DNA from: Ascoidea asiatica JCM 7603
Taxonomy: Eukaryota > Fungi > Ascomycota
Direction: 5' to 3'
DNA length: 36,813 bases
NCBI GenBank assembly: GCA_001600695.1
Contig: BCKQ01000012.1
Location: 274,808-311,620 of the forward strand
Shown: positions 1 to 10,720 of the stretch, piece after piece
How positions within the stretch are numbered: the stretch's first letter is position 1
How the letters are laid out: every line of letters starts with the position of its first letter
Notes under the pieces: generated by a model
Told to the model about the DNA's origin: nothing
The model's database searches: none
Seen by the model: only the letters and a program-made list of their open reading frames with translations
Made by a program: the position numbers and the translations under genes

Positions 1-330
1 TTAAGTTTCTTTTGGACTCAAGATTTCATATAATATATATAATGTATTTGATTAATTTGAATGAATCTTTGGATATATAAAGATTAATATATATATGATT
101 GATGAGAATAATAATGAATATATCAATATCAATCAATATTAATCAATATCAATGGAGATTAATGAATAATAGATGAATAATAGATGAATGATTATTGAAT
201 AAGTTTCGAGATGGGAGTTTTAACCTTGAGAAGTAACGTTAAGGTTGATTTGAACGTTGGTGAATTTGCAGCCAATCAGAAAAGGAACAAGCACAGAGGA
301 ATGCAAAACCAGAACTGCGGATGCAACCAG

Positions 331-523
331 TGTCCTATGTCCCAGAAAAAAACGTCCCTTAATTTTACGTCCCTTAACCTAAATATACTGTCCTGAATAA
401 ACATGTCCCATGAACTAGAATTGTGTCCTAAACGCATGACCTATAATGTCATTGTCCCTGTCATATGCTTACCTAACACATTACCTAACCCTGCTTACCT
501 AACTGCTGACCAATCCACGTGAC
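331..523. promoter_or_regulatory. GC-richer promoter island upstream of PSE1 with clustered motifs (8x YGTCCY, 3x TTACCTAAC, CCAAT box, CACGTGAC E-box)
   Basis: YGTCCY at 331, 338, 353, 368, 389, 404, 424, 453; TTACCTAAC at 469, 481, 495; CCAAT 510-514; CACGTGAC 516-523 (Cbf1-type GTCACGTG on the minus strand). Lies about 400-600 bp upstream of the ATG at 936. Confidence 0.55.
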
Positions 524-935
524 CCTGTCTTCTGCTACGTACCACTCTACTTCTGTTGCTACTTCATTTCTGTTGCATTTCTTCATTGCCTGCCTTTGTT
601 TGTTTGGGTGCTTCTAGAATTTGCTGGCGCTGCGTTCGTTTTCTGCTTTCATTTCTCTTTCATTTCTCTTACAGCTCGCTTTAAATCTCTTCATTTAATG
701 TTACTGCTATTATATTACTATTATTACTACTGAACTATTTATTATATCACCCACTATCATATCTTTTTTTTTTTTATTTATTTATATTAGACAAATATAT
801 ATATTTAATATATTCAGATATAATAATTATAATAGATATAAGTTACTTATTTGAATATATCTATTCTTTTTCTTATTCTTTTTATTCTTCTTGGTATTCT
901 TACTCTTCTTACTTGTCTCTATAATTATTATAAAA

Positions 936-3900
936 ATGTCTGAAATTGAATTAAATGATTTATTAATTGGTTTATCTTCAACTGATAATAAAATTAGATC
1001 AAATTATGAAAATATTTTAAATAATATTTGGTTACCAACTTCAATAATAGATTCAAATAATAATTTAATTACAAATTTATCAAATTTATCAAATTTATTA
1101 TTATTCTTAGTTAAAAAATCAATTTTATCTTCAAATGATTTAAATTTAAATTTATCAAATCAAATTGAAATTAATAAACATAATTTTTTACAATCTTTTT
1201 CTTCAATTTTATTTAGAAGATTATCAAAAAAAACTCCAATTTCTTTACCTCAAAATCAAAATTCAATTTCAATTAATAATAATTCTGCAAAAGTTTATTC
1301 TTTAATGGAAACAAATTTTAATATTTTAGATAATAATTTAAAATTTCAAATTTGTCAATTATTAATTCAAGGTTTCTTAAATCCAAATCAATCAAATGAT
1401 GTAAGACATAAATTATCTGATTCAATTTCTGAAATTTCAAAAATTATATATAATAATACTTCAAATATTTCAAATAATAATTCCAATAATAATAATAATA
1501 ATTCAAATCAATGGCCTGAATTAATTCAAACTTTATTTAATACTTTATCAAATCCAAATTCTTCAATAAGTTTAATTGATTCTTCATTTAGAATTTTATC
1601 AAATAATCCAAATTTAATTAATTTAAATAATTTTAATCAATTTTTACCAATTTTTAATAATTCTTTTCAATCTCAAAATGATGATATAAAAATTTCTTCA
1701 GTTATTGCTTTTACTTCTTTTTTTAATGAAGTACCAAAAGATAAATTTAATTTAATTTCTCCATTATTACCAAATTTATTAAATATTTTACCTAATTTTT
1801 TAAATATTCAAAAAGAAGATAATTTAAATTTAATTTTAACAAATTTAATTGATATTATTCAAAAAGCTCCAAAATTATTTAAACCAATGTTTGATCAATT
1901 AATTCAATTTAATTCTTTAATTTGTAAAAAAAAAAATAATATTGAAAATAATGATGAAGATAAAGAGAAAGATAATAATAATAATAATAATAACAACAAT
2001 AATCACAATAACAATAACAATAACAATAACAATAACAATAATAATAATGAATATGATTTTAGTTCAAATTTAAGATTAACTTCTTTGGAATTATTAACTA
2101 CTTTTTCTGAATATGCTCCAAAAATGTGTATAAATAATCCAAATTATTTTAATGAAATTATTTTAATTAATCTTTCAATGTTAACTGAAATTTGTTTAGA
2201 TGATGAAAATGCTTCTGAATGGAATAATTCTGATGATATTGATGATCCTGATGAAGAAATTGAATATGATACTGCAAGAAATTCTTTAGATAGATTATCT
2301 TTATCAATTGGTGGTAAAATTTTAATACCATATATTTTTAAATATTTACCAACAATGATTCAATCAATTCATTGGAGAGAAAGACAAGCTGCTTTAATGG
2401 CTTTATCTTCCATTGCTGAAGGTTGTTCTGATGTTTTAATACTTGAAATTCCAAAAATTTTACAAATGATTTTACCTTTAATTAATGATCCACATCCAAG
2501 AGTTCAATATGCTTGTTGTAATGCTTTAGGACAAATTTCAACAGATTTTGCAAATACTATACAACAATCTTCTCATAATTTAATTTTACCTGCTTTAATT
2601 TCAAAATTAACAAATGATTCTGTACCAAGAGTTCAAGCTCATGCTGCTGCTGCTCTTGTAAATTTTTCTGAAAATTCAACAAATGAAATTTTAGAACCTT
2701 ATTTAGATGATTTATTGAATAATTTATTAATTTTATTACAATCAAATTATAAATATATTCAAGAACAAGTTTTAACAACAATTTCAGTAATTGCAGATGC
2801 TGCTGAAAAAAAATTTATAAAATATTATGATGCTTTAATGCCTTTATTAATTAATGTTTTAATTAATAATAATTTAAATGAAGAAAATCAATTAATTAGA
2901 GCAAAATCAATTGAATGTTTAACTTTAATTGCTTTAGCTGTTGGTAATGAAAAATTTCAAACTCATAAAGATCAAATTTTAACAATTTTTAATATCTTAC
3001 AAGATAATATTAATAATAAATTAATTAAAGATGATGATCCAATTATACCATATTTAGAACAAGGTTGGTCAAGAATTTGTGAAATTATAAATTTAGAATT
3101 TTTACCATATTTAAATAAAATTTTACCAAATTTATTAATTATTGCAAAACAAGAATTAAGTTTAAAAGCAATTGATGAAGATAATCAAGAAATTAAAATA
3201 AATACAAACCCAGGTATTAATAATGGAGGAACTGATTTACCAAATGATTATAATGAAGATGAAGAATGGGATGTTTTAAATGTTGGTGGTAAAAAAATTG
3301 CTTTACATACTGCAGCTTTAGATGAAAAAACAAATGCAATTGAATTATTAAAAAAATATGGTGATATTTTAAAAGGTAATTTTAAAGATTATGCAATAAA
3401 TATTTTAAGTGAAATTTTATATCCAGGTTTGGATTTTTATTTACATGATGGTGTAAGAGAAAGTTCTTTACAAGCTATACCAACAATGTTAAAATGTATT
3501 AAAGAATCAAATATAAATCAACAAGAATTAATTGAAATTTGGAATTTAACAACTGAAAAATTATTTAATGGTATAAGAGAAGAACCTGATAATTATCTTT
3601 TATCTGATTATTATAGATGTTTTAACAAATGTTTAATAATTTTTAATGAACATTGTTTAAATGATCAACAATTTAATGAATTTATTAAAATTACAAATAT
3701 TACTTTACAATCAACTTATCAAAGAATGATTGAAAAAGGTGAAAAACAATCAAAAATTTTAAATAATACTAATAATAATAATAATAATAAAAATAATGAT
3801 AATGATAATAATAATCCCGGTGATGAATATCAGGAGGATGATTATGATGATGAAGAAGAAGATGAAGATGTTGATGGAGATGAAGATTTATTAGATGAAA

Positions 3901-4676
3901 TTAATTTATCATTTAGTAATATTTTTAAATATTCAAATGAAAAATTTTTAAATTTTTTTGATAATATTATTGAAACAATTTTAACATTTATTAATGAAAA
4001 TAATAATGATTATATTAAAACTTTTGGTATATGTGTATTTTCAGATTTAATTGAATTTTGTTCAAGTAATTCAATATTAAAATATCAAGAAATTTATATT
4101 AATAAAATTGGTGAAGTTTTAGAAAATTATAATAAATTTGGTAATGATGTTATACAATCATCATCATATTTAATTGGAAATTTAACAAAGCATATTAGTG
4201 GGAATAAACAAATTGAAGATATTTTAATTATATTAACAAATTTTTTATTTAAAATAATTAATGAAAATGATAGTAAATCTGTTGAAAAAATTATTTCAAC
4301 AGAAAATTGTATTAGTACAATTTCAAAAATTTTTAGTTCAATTGATAATTTAAAATTTGAAAATTTTGAAATGTTATTAGATAATTGGATTAATAAATTA
4401 CCTGTATTAGAAGATGAAGAATCAATTTTTTCAACATATCATTATTTAATTAAAATTATAAATGATGAAAGATATTCAAAAATTATTTCAAAAAATTTTG
4501 AACATATTGTTAAATCAATTATTGAAGTTTTAGCAAGTACAAGAATATTAAAGAATAATACTTTATTAAGTACAAAATTAATTGAAACTTTGAAACAATT
4601 ATTAGGATCAATTAATCATGATGAAGCTATGATATTTGTTGATAAATTTTCTGTTCTTCGTGAATGGTTAGCTTAA
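936..4676 (+). CDS. PSE1: Importin beta-3 / karyopherin Pse1 (Kap121), HEAT-repeat nuclear import receptor
   Basis: Recognisable Pse1/IPO5 motifs: RHKLSDSISE, WRERQAALMALSSIAEGC, DPHPRVQYACCNALGQISTDFA, PRVQAHAAAALVNFSE, FYLHDGVR. The ORF track starts at TTG 891; the first ATG, in good AAAATGTCT context, is at 936. Several poly-Asn insertions. Confidence 0.95.
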   Translation: MSEIELNDLLIGLSSTDNKIRSNYENILNNIWLPTSIIDSNNNLITNLSNLSNLLLFLVKKSILSSNDLNLNLSNQIEINKHNFLQSFSSILFRRLSKKTPISLPQNQNSISINNNSAKVYSLMETNFNILDNNLKFQICQLLIQGFLNPNQSNDVRHKLSDSISEISKIIYNNTSNISNNNSNNNNNNSNQWPELIQTLFNTLSNPNSSISLIDSSFRILSNNPNLINLNNFNQFLPIFNNSFQSQNDDIKISSVIAFTSFFNEVPKDKFNLISPLLPNLLNILPNFLNIQKEDNLNLILTNLIDIIQKAPKLFKPMFDQLIQFNSLICKKKNNIENNDEDKEKDNNNNNNNNNNHNNNNNNNNNNNNNNEYDFSSNLRLTSLELLTTFSEYAPKMCINNPNYFNEIILINLSMLTEICLDDENASEWNNSDDIDDPDEEIEYDTARNSLDRLSLSIGGKILIPYIFKYLPTMIQSIHWRERQAALMALSSIAEGCSDVLILEIPKILQMILPLINDPHPRVQYACCNALGQISTDFANTIQQSSHNLILPALISKLTNDSVPRVQAHAAAALVNFSENSTNEILEPYLDDLLNNLLILLQSNYKYIQEQVLTTISVIADAAEKKFIKYYDALMPLLINVLINNNLNEENQLIRAKSIECLTLIALAVGNEKFQTHKDQILTIFNILQDNINNKLIKDDDPIIPYLEQGWSRICEIINLEFLPYLNKILPNLLIIAKQELSLKAIDEDNQEIKINTNPGINNGGTDLPNDYNEDEEWDVLNVGGKKIALHTAALDEKTNAIELLKKYGDILKGNFKDYAINILSEILYPGLDFYLHDGVRESSLQAIPTMLKCIKESNINQQELIEIWNLTTEKLFNGIREEPDNYLLSDYYRCFNKCLIIFNEHCLNDQQFNEFIKITNITLQSTYQRMIEKGEKQSKILNNTNNNNNNKNNDNDNNNPGDEYQEDDYDDEEEDEDVDGDEDLLDEINLSFSNIFKYSNEKFLNFFDNIIETILTFINENNNDYIKTFGICVFSDLIEFCSSNSILKYQEIYINKIGEVLENYNKFGNDVIQSSSYLIGNLTKHISGNKQIEDILIILTNFLFKIINENDSKSVEKIISTENCISTISKIFSSIDNLKFENFEMLLDNWINKLPVLEDEESIFSTYHYLIKIINDERYSKIISKNFEHIVKSIIEVLASTRILKNNTLLSTKLIETLKQLLGSINHDEAMIFVDKFSVLREWLA
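1974..2048 (+). repeat. (AAT/AAC)n trinucleotide tract encoding poly-Asn within PSE1
   Basis: About 25 consecutive AAT/AAC codons with one CAC interruption; shorter tracts near 1470-1503 and 3770-3815. Confidence 0.9.
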
Positions 4677-5309
4677 AAAAAAAAAAATTAAAATTTTAAT
4701 TATATTAATTTTATAATTATTTTTTTCATATTGTCATATTTTTTATAGTCTTTATTTTCACTAACTTAAATTTTTTTTAAAAAGTTTTTATCATTAAATA
4801 ATCTTTTTCCTTATCTCTCTTTTAAATTATTTTTTAACTTGCCTTATTATTTAATCTAATTTGATTTCCCATTTTCCTTTTTAATCTTATTAATTATTTT
4901 TCTCTTATTTACTCACCTGTTAATTTATCTCTTATTGGATTTCAAAATTAATTTATTTTACTTAAATTGTTTATTATTTATTTAAAATCAAATGATTTTT
5001 TTAATCCTCTTACTTTAATCGTTTTATCTAATCCTTTCATTTAATCCTTTATTTATCAAATTTAATTATTTAACTTTTTTAAAATCATCTATTTTGTTCT
5101 TTCTCTCTGGCCTTTGAGCCTGAAAGTAATCTCATTCTCATCGTTGATTTAATCAATAATAAATTACAAAAATATAAAATTATCCTTAAAAAAAAGCATT
5201 CAATTTAAATCCATTTGCATTCATGTAGTTTTAAATAAAAAAAAAAGAATATAAAAAGAATAAAATATAAGAATGAAATATTAAAAAATAATAAATAAAA
5301 CAAAAAAGA

Positions 5310-5381
5310 AGGTCGTACCCGGACTCGAACCGGGGTTATCCGGATCAAAACCGAATGTGATGACCACTACACTATACAACC
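5310..5381 (-). tRNA. tRNA-Gln, anticodon TTG, no intron
   Basis: Reverse complement GGTTGTATAGTGTAGTGGTCATCACATTCGGTTTTGATCCGGATAACCCCGGTTCGAGTCCGGGTACGACCT (72 nt): acceptor stem GGTTGTA/TACGACC, A box, B box GGTTCGAGTCC, anticodon loop TTTTGAT, followed by a T-run Pol III terminator. Closely resembles yeast tQ(UUG). Confidence 0.96.
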
Positions 5382-5593
5382 TTATTTTCTTGTTTTTTAA
5401 GTGAAAAAAAATCGGTTTTATACTGTCAACCCAAAATTTAAAGTTTTTCTGACCTCAAAAAGTGATTGTCAGCTCAGAGTAAATTTAAATTTGATTTCTT
5501 TCGTTTCTTCATTGATTACATTAAATTAAATCTATTTACAATTATAAAACAAATGAGGGAACATAAATATGAGAGAATAACATGAGACAAAAA

Positions 5594-7027
5594 TTATAGA
5601 AAATTATCGACTAAAGTAATAAATTTATTAATTAACTCATCCTTTGACAATTTTTCTAGTTTTCTATCACTTCTGCTTCTTATAGAAATTTTATTATCTT
5701 CAATTTCTTTATCACCAATAATCATAATATAATTATAACCTAATTGAATTGCTTCTTTAACTCTATAGCTTATACTTTCATTTCTATCATCTATATCAAT
5801 ATAAAATTTTTTATTCATTTCATTTAATGAAATTGGTTTAATTGAATCAATATTATCATTATCAATTTCAATATCATCATTTGATAAATTTTTTTTAAGT
5901 TCTTTACAATAATTTAAATGTTTATCAATTGAAACTGGTAATATTATACCTTGTCTTGGTGATAACCAAAATGGCCATTTACCTTGATAATGATCAATTA
6001 AAATTGCTAAAAATCTTTCAATTGAACCAAAAATTGCTCTATGAATTAAAACTGGTGTTAAATTTTTATTATTTGAATCTTTATAATTTAATTTAAATCT
6101 ATCCGGTAATTGAAAATCTAATTGAATTGTAGCAGATTGATGTTGTTTTTTAAAATTATCTTTTAATAATATATCAATTTTTGGTCCATAAAATGCTCCA
6201 TCACCTTCATTAATTTCCCAATTTTTATTATTTTTAATTAAAATTTCTTTTAAATTATTTTCTGCTAAATCCCATTTTTTTAAATCTCCAATATATTTAT
6301 CTTTTGGTCTTGTTGATAATAATAATTTATAATTATTTATATTAAAAATTTTATAAATTAAATCAATCATTTTTAAATTTTTAAAAATTTCATTACCAAT
6401 ATCTTCAATTTTACAAAAAATATGTCCATCATCTTGATGAAATCTTCTAACTCTTGTTAAACCACTTAAACCACCACTTTTTTCATTTCTATGTAATGAA
6501 CTAAAATCACTATATCTTATTGGTAATTCATTATAACTTCTATCTAATTTTTTATAAATTAAACAATGTCCTGGACAATTCATTGGTTTTAAACCATAAG
6601 ATCCTTCATCTTCCTCTTCTTCTTCTTTGTCCTTTGAGTTTTCTTCAATCTTTCTTTGACTTTCAACTTTAAATATATCATCTTTATAATTTTTCCAATG
6701 ACCTGAAATTTCCCATAATTTTTTTTTAAATATTAATGGAGTTATAACTTCTTTAAAACCTAAAATTTCTTGTTGTAATTTCATAAAATTAACTAATTTA
6801 TTGATAATTCTTGTTCCATGAGGTAAAAAAAAAATTGAACCTGGTGATACTGGATCAATCATATATAATTTTTGCTTTTGAGCAATATCAAAATTTGCAA
6901 CAGAAGATGATGAAGCTGGTGTACTTGAAGCATTTGAAGAATTTGAAGCATTGGAATATGATCTAAGAATTACTCTTGGATAATGATTAAAAGATACAAA
7001 TTCTTTTCGAATTGATATTCCTATCAT
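5594..7027 (-). CDS. MST1: Mitochondrial threonyl-tRNA synthetase (compact form without N-terminal editing domain)
   Basis: Class II ThrRS motifs: SPGSIFFLPHG, YGLKPMNCPGHC, LTRVRRFHQDDGHIFC, GDGAFYGPKID, TIQLDFQLP, IHRAIFGSIERF, GKWPFWLSPRQ. Basic/Ser-rich presequence. The track starts at TTG 7036; the ATG is at 7027. Confidence 0.93.
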   Translation of the reverse strand: MIGISIRKEFVSFNHYPRVILRSYSNASNSSNASSTPASSSSVANFDIAQKQKLYMIDPVSPGSIFFLPHGTRIINKLVNFMKLQQEILGFKEVITPLIFKKKLWEISGHWKNYKDDIFKVESQRKIEENSKDKEEEEEDEGSYGLKPMNCPGHCLIYKKLDRSYNELPIRYSDFSSLHRNEKSGGLSGLTRVRRFHQDDGHIFCKIEDIGNEIFKNLKMIDLIYKIFNINNYKLLLSTRPKDKYIGDLKKWDLAENNLKEILIKNNKNWEINEGDGAFYGPKIDILLKDNFKKQHQSATIQLDFQLPDRFKLNYKDSNNKNLTPVLIHRAIFGSIERFLAILIDHYQGKWPFWLSPRQGIILPVSIDKHLNYCKELKKNLSNDDIEIDNDNIDSIKPISLNEMNKKFYIDIDDRNESISYRVKEAIQLGYNYIMIIGDKEIEDNKISIRSRSDRKLEKLSKDELINKFITLVDNFL

Positions 7028-7690
7028 TTTGATCAACTTCAGTAACTATTTAAAGTTTTTTTGTAATACTTCTTGTTGTCTATTACGCAGTAATTGCATC
7101 TTCTTTTTCTTCTTCTTCCCTTCTTTTACTTCACTTTCAATAATATTTCAAATTGAGATAGTTGGCTTCAGACCCCCATGAACTCAAACCTATTGAAATC
7201 GGGGTTTATAAAAAGAACCTCAAAAGTGGTCTTAGTTATTAGCCCTGGTTATAATATCCTCATTTTTGGTCTTCATTACACCTCGGAAGTAAACCGGAAG
7301 GTTGTCTACAAGAGGAAATACTGGATCTATTTCCTATCAACTCCAATACTCGTCTCCATGCTGCTGGTAAATCAACGGTTGGAGGAGCAGTGACGGTGGT
7401 TATCTGAGCATAATTACATTTTCATAAAAGCCATTTTGGTAAAGTGACTGTATTGTTGATCTCAAAAGTATCTTAGTTTTATTCAATTGACACAATTTTA
7501 GGTTAATTTAATAGACATAACTATTATTAAATTATATCACATTTTTAAATTATATTATATTCCTGAAAAACAAACTAATTAAGCTCAATTATAAAACTTG
7601 TCAGTTTTTTTCCAATCATTTTTATTACTCCATGCGCATTCAATTCTGAAAAAATCAATAAATCTTAGTTTTGTCAAATTATAATTAATA

Positions 7691-10264
7691 ATGTTTCATT
7701 TTCATAAAGGAAAAGGCAAGAAATCTTCATCGAGTACTACTCCTGCCCCTGTTTCTACTCCCTCTTCATCATCTTCAGCTCCCGCACCACCACCTCCTCC
7801 TCCTCCAGCACCACCTCCACCCCCTGGGTTTGGATCAAGTACTCCTTCTGGGTCATCAGCTCCACCACCAGCTCCACCACCTCCTCCAGGCTTTGGTTCA
7901 AATGCACCACCACCACCTCCTCCTCCTACATTATTTGGAAGTGCCTCAAATAATAAATCAAAAAAGTCTTCAACTCCAGCTCCAGTTGCTGGTGGTGCTT
8001 TACCATTTTTAGCCCAAATCAATGCAAGACGAGATGAATCAAATGTAGTTACAAACGAAACTGTTAAAAAAATTAGTAAATCTAATGGTTCTTCTGCTGC
8101 TTCTTTTGCTGCAGATAAATTAATTGGATCATCTTCAAATAATTCTAAAAAAAATTCCTTTGGTGGTAATGGAGCTCCACCAATACCTATAATGTCACCA
8201 CCAATTCCAAAAATAGCTTCAGCTCCTAAAACATCTTCAGCCCCAAAAATACCTTCAAATAGACCACCATTACCAATTTTTTCTGCTCCAAAATTACCTT
8301 CAACAAGACCTCCTTTAAGGCCAAATCATAGACCTCCAACTAAACCAAATAATAGACCATCTAATCATTTAAAATCAAATTCAAAATTACATTCAAAAGC
8401 TGCTTCCAATATTCCATTAGCACCTCCAATTCCACAGGCTCCACCACCACCACCAATCCCATCATCATCAGCTCCACCACCTCCACCGCTACCATTTTCA
8501 TCAGCTCCTTCGATACCATCAGCTCCATCAGCTCCTCCACCACCGCCTGGTGCTCCACCTACTTCTTTATTTGGTTCCAATAAAAATTCAAATACAAATT
8601 CAAAACCTACTTCTAAACCTATAGCTCCACCTATCAGTGGAGGATTACCTTTTTTAGCTGAAATAAATGCTAGAAGAGATAATTCTCATGTTATAACAGA
8701 TGTCTCTACTAAAAAACCAATGAATCATGATACTTCAATGACTTCATCAACTTCTATTACTAATAATAATTCTTTTCCAAAAACTAAAACATCTGCTCCA
8801 ACTTTACCTAAATTTGGTGCTCCAAAATTACCTTCATCCAAACCTCCTTCTTTACCTACTCATTCAGCTCCACCTATTCCTACAATGTCAGCTCCTCCAA
8901 TACCTAATTCATCTATAAAACCATCAAGAACTTCAAATTTACCAAAGTCAAATAATTTTTTCATTCCAAGTGCACCGAAATTACCTTCTACAAGACCACC
9001 TCCTTTACCCAATAATTCTGCTCCTAGTATACCGAAACACTCGGCACCTAGTATACCTAATCAATCAGCTCCTCCAATCCCACCCTCTCTTATACCACAA
9101 TCATCTGCTCCTCCACCTCCAAAAGCTCCTTCCTTTTTTCAAAATTTAAATTCAAAACCTACATCTAAGCCTACAGCTCCTGATCTCAGTGAAGGCTTAC
9201 CTTTTTTAGCACAAATTAATGCCAGAAGAGATGAAAAAAATGTAATAACAGATGAAAAAGTTAAAAATTTCAGTCCTTCTTCAATTCAAAATTCATCTCA
9301 AAATTCATCTTCATTTTCCAATAAACCTTCTAATAATTTATATTCTACTCCTAAAATACCACATATGAAAGCACCTCAAATACCAAAAATGAGTGCTCCA
9401 CCAATTCCAATCTCTATTCCATCAGCTCCTCCAGCTCCACCACCTCCATTACCAACATCTATGGCACCTCCTGTCCCAAAATCCAATATGCATGAATATT
9501 CAAATCCAAATCCTGCTAAGGTTTCGCAACCGTCAGCACCATCAAACCCACCTATTGGATTACCTTTTCTTGAACAAATTAATGCAAAAAGGAATGATAA
9601 TGATATAGTGACGGATAGTAATAACAAAACAAATTCTATGTATTCGAAGGCTCCAGCCTTACCAACAAATGGTCCTCCTCCACTTCCAACTTCTTCTGCA
9701 CCTTCTGTACCTTCTTCAACATCATATCCTTCTCACAATCCCCCACCTGTAAATCATGCAGCACCTCAAATTCAAATTTCTCAAGAGCAACCATCTCATG
9801 ATTCTTTTTCTAATGGTGACGCTTCCAATAGCTTTCAACGTAGAAAAACTAATAAAGCTCCACCACCTCCACCTCCTTCAATGAATTCTAATAATTTCAA
9901 TACTGCTCCAGTTCAAGAAACTTTTATCAATAGACAAAGTTCTAATAGGCGATCAAAAATATTTTCTTTTGGAAAGCATGAAACAGAGCATTTTCAGAAT
10001 CCAAATGATGAGTTATCTAAACTAGAATTTCAACAATCAACAGGTGCAAATCTTAGAATAATGGATCCTTCTTCTTACACTATCTCAGGAACAGCCTTTG
10101 GCGCAGATATTTCATCCGAAAAAATAGAAATAGATGATTCCCGATTTAGCTTTTCTAACAAAGATGATTTACCCAGACCCCATAAGTGGATTGGAATGCA
10201 AAAGCTTTATCCCTCAGGAAGGGGTAGTTCAGTTCCATTAAACCTTAGTCTTTTCAAAAGTTAG
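7691..10264 (+). CDS. VRP1: Verprolin (WIP homologue), proline-rich actin/endocytosis adaptor
   Basis: Pro/Ser-rich with many SAPP[IP]P units, four LPFL[AE][QE]INA[RK]R motifs, and a C-terminal Las17/WASP-binding segment DDSRFSF...LPRP...KLYPSGRGSSVPLNLSLF, as in yeast Vrp1. Confidence 0.85.
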   Translation: MFHFHKGKGKKSSSSTTPAPVSTPSSSSSAPAPPPPPPPAPPPPPGFGSSTPSGSSAPPPAPPPPPGFGSNAPPPPPPPTLFGSASNNKSKKSSTPAPVAGGALPFLAQINARRDESNVVTNETVKKISKSNGSSAASFAADKLIGSSSNNSKKNSFGGNGAPPIPIMSPPIPKIASAPKTSSAPKIPSNRPPLPIFSAPKLPSTRPPLRPNHRPPTKPNNRPSNHLKSNSKLHSKAASNIPLAPPIPQAPPPPPIPSSSAPPPPPLPFSSAPSIPSAPSAPPPPPGAPPTSLFGSNKNSNTNSKPTSKPIAPPISGGLPFLAEINARRDNSHVITDVSTKKPMNHDTSMTSSTSITNNNSFPKTKTSAPTLPKFGAPKLPSSKPPSLPTHSAPPIPTMSAPPIPNSSIKPSRTSNLPKSNNFFIPSAPKLPSTRPPPLPNNSAPSIPKHSAPSIPNQSAPPIPPSLIPQSSAPPPPKAPSFFQNLNSKPTSKPTAPDLSEGLPFLAQINARRDEKNVITDEKVKNFSPSSIQNSSQNSSSFSNKPSNNLYSTPKIPHMKAPQIPKMSAPPIPISIPSAPPAPPPPLPTSMAPPVPKSNMHEYSNPNPAKVSQPSAPSNPPIGLPFLEQINAKRNDNDIVTDSNNKTNSMYSKAPALPTNGPPPLPTSSAPSVPSSTSYPSHNPPPVNHAAPQIQISQEQPSHDSFSNGDASNSFQRRKTNKAPPPPPPSMNSNNFNTAPVQETFINRQSSNRRSKIFSFGKHETEHFQNPNDELSKLEFQQSTGANLRIMDPSSYTISGTAFGADISSEKIEIDDSRFSFSNKDDLPRPHKWIGMQKLYPSGRGSSVPLNLSLFKS

Positions 10265-10720
10265 GTAAAAATTAAATAAATTCGAAATTAGTATTCATTC
10301 ACTTTTATATCATTTCGTTAAATCTGTAGTTTCATTGTAAAAAGTTAAATCAATTGCCTGATTGATGTAATTTTATCTGTCCTGATTAAGTTTAGAGAAC
10401 TTAAGTTCAATAGAGTATCAACTACTTCTAAATAAAGGGAGTTATTTTTCTATGACGAGAATTTTAGTTAAAGATATTATACAGGTGTTCAAGAAACTAA
10501 TTTTTTTTTTAAATTGTAATTATTTCGAATTAATAAAAAAAATAAAAATGCATTGCATTTTTGATTTAAATTCAAAGATCTACAAAATATTTAAAAATCT
10601 ATCAAATGTGTTAAATATTTATTATAAAGAAATTATTGAAAAGATGTTTTTGAAATAATGAAAAATATTTAAAAACTTCGGTTTTATTTGAAAATCAACA
10701 AAGAGTTATCCTTATTGAAA

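Noticed and set aside
466-503. GCTTACCT resembling the U1 snRNA 5' end, and TACCTAAC resembling a branch point
   Set aside because: Not ATACTTACCT or TACTAAC, present as a tandem triplet, and without downstream U1 or intron features.
516-900. Point-centromere-like arrangement (CDEI CACGTGAC followed by AT-rich DNA)
   Set aside because: No CDEIII CCGAA element at the expected spacing; a promoter Cbf1-type site is the simpler explanation.
891-935. TTG-initiated N-terminal extensions of PSE1 (891) and MST1 (7036)
   Set aside because: In-frame ATGs in A-rich context at 936 and 7027 give plausible N-termini.
4990-5125. Possible C/D box snoRNA between PSE1 and the tRNA
   Set aside because: No proper RTGATGA C box or recognisable rRNA guide; only an isolated CTGA.
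5310-7027. tRNA gene adjacent to an aminoacyl-tRNA synthetase gene
   Set aside because: Cytosolic tRNA-Gln and mitochondrial ThrRS are non-cognate; probably coincidence.
7702-9627. Gly-rich antisense and alternate-frame ORFs inside VRP1
   Set aside because: By-products of CCW-rich proline codons, which lack stops in other frames; no independent coding signal.
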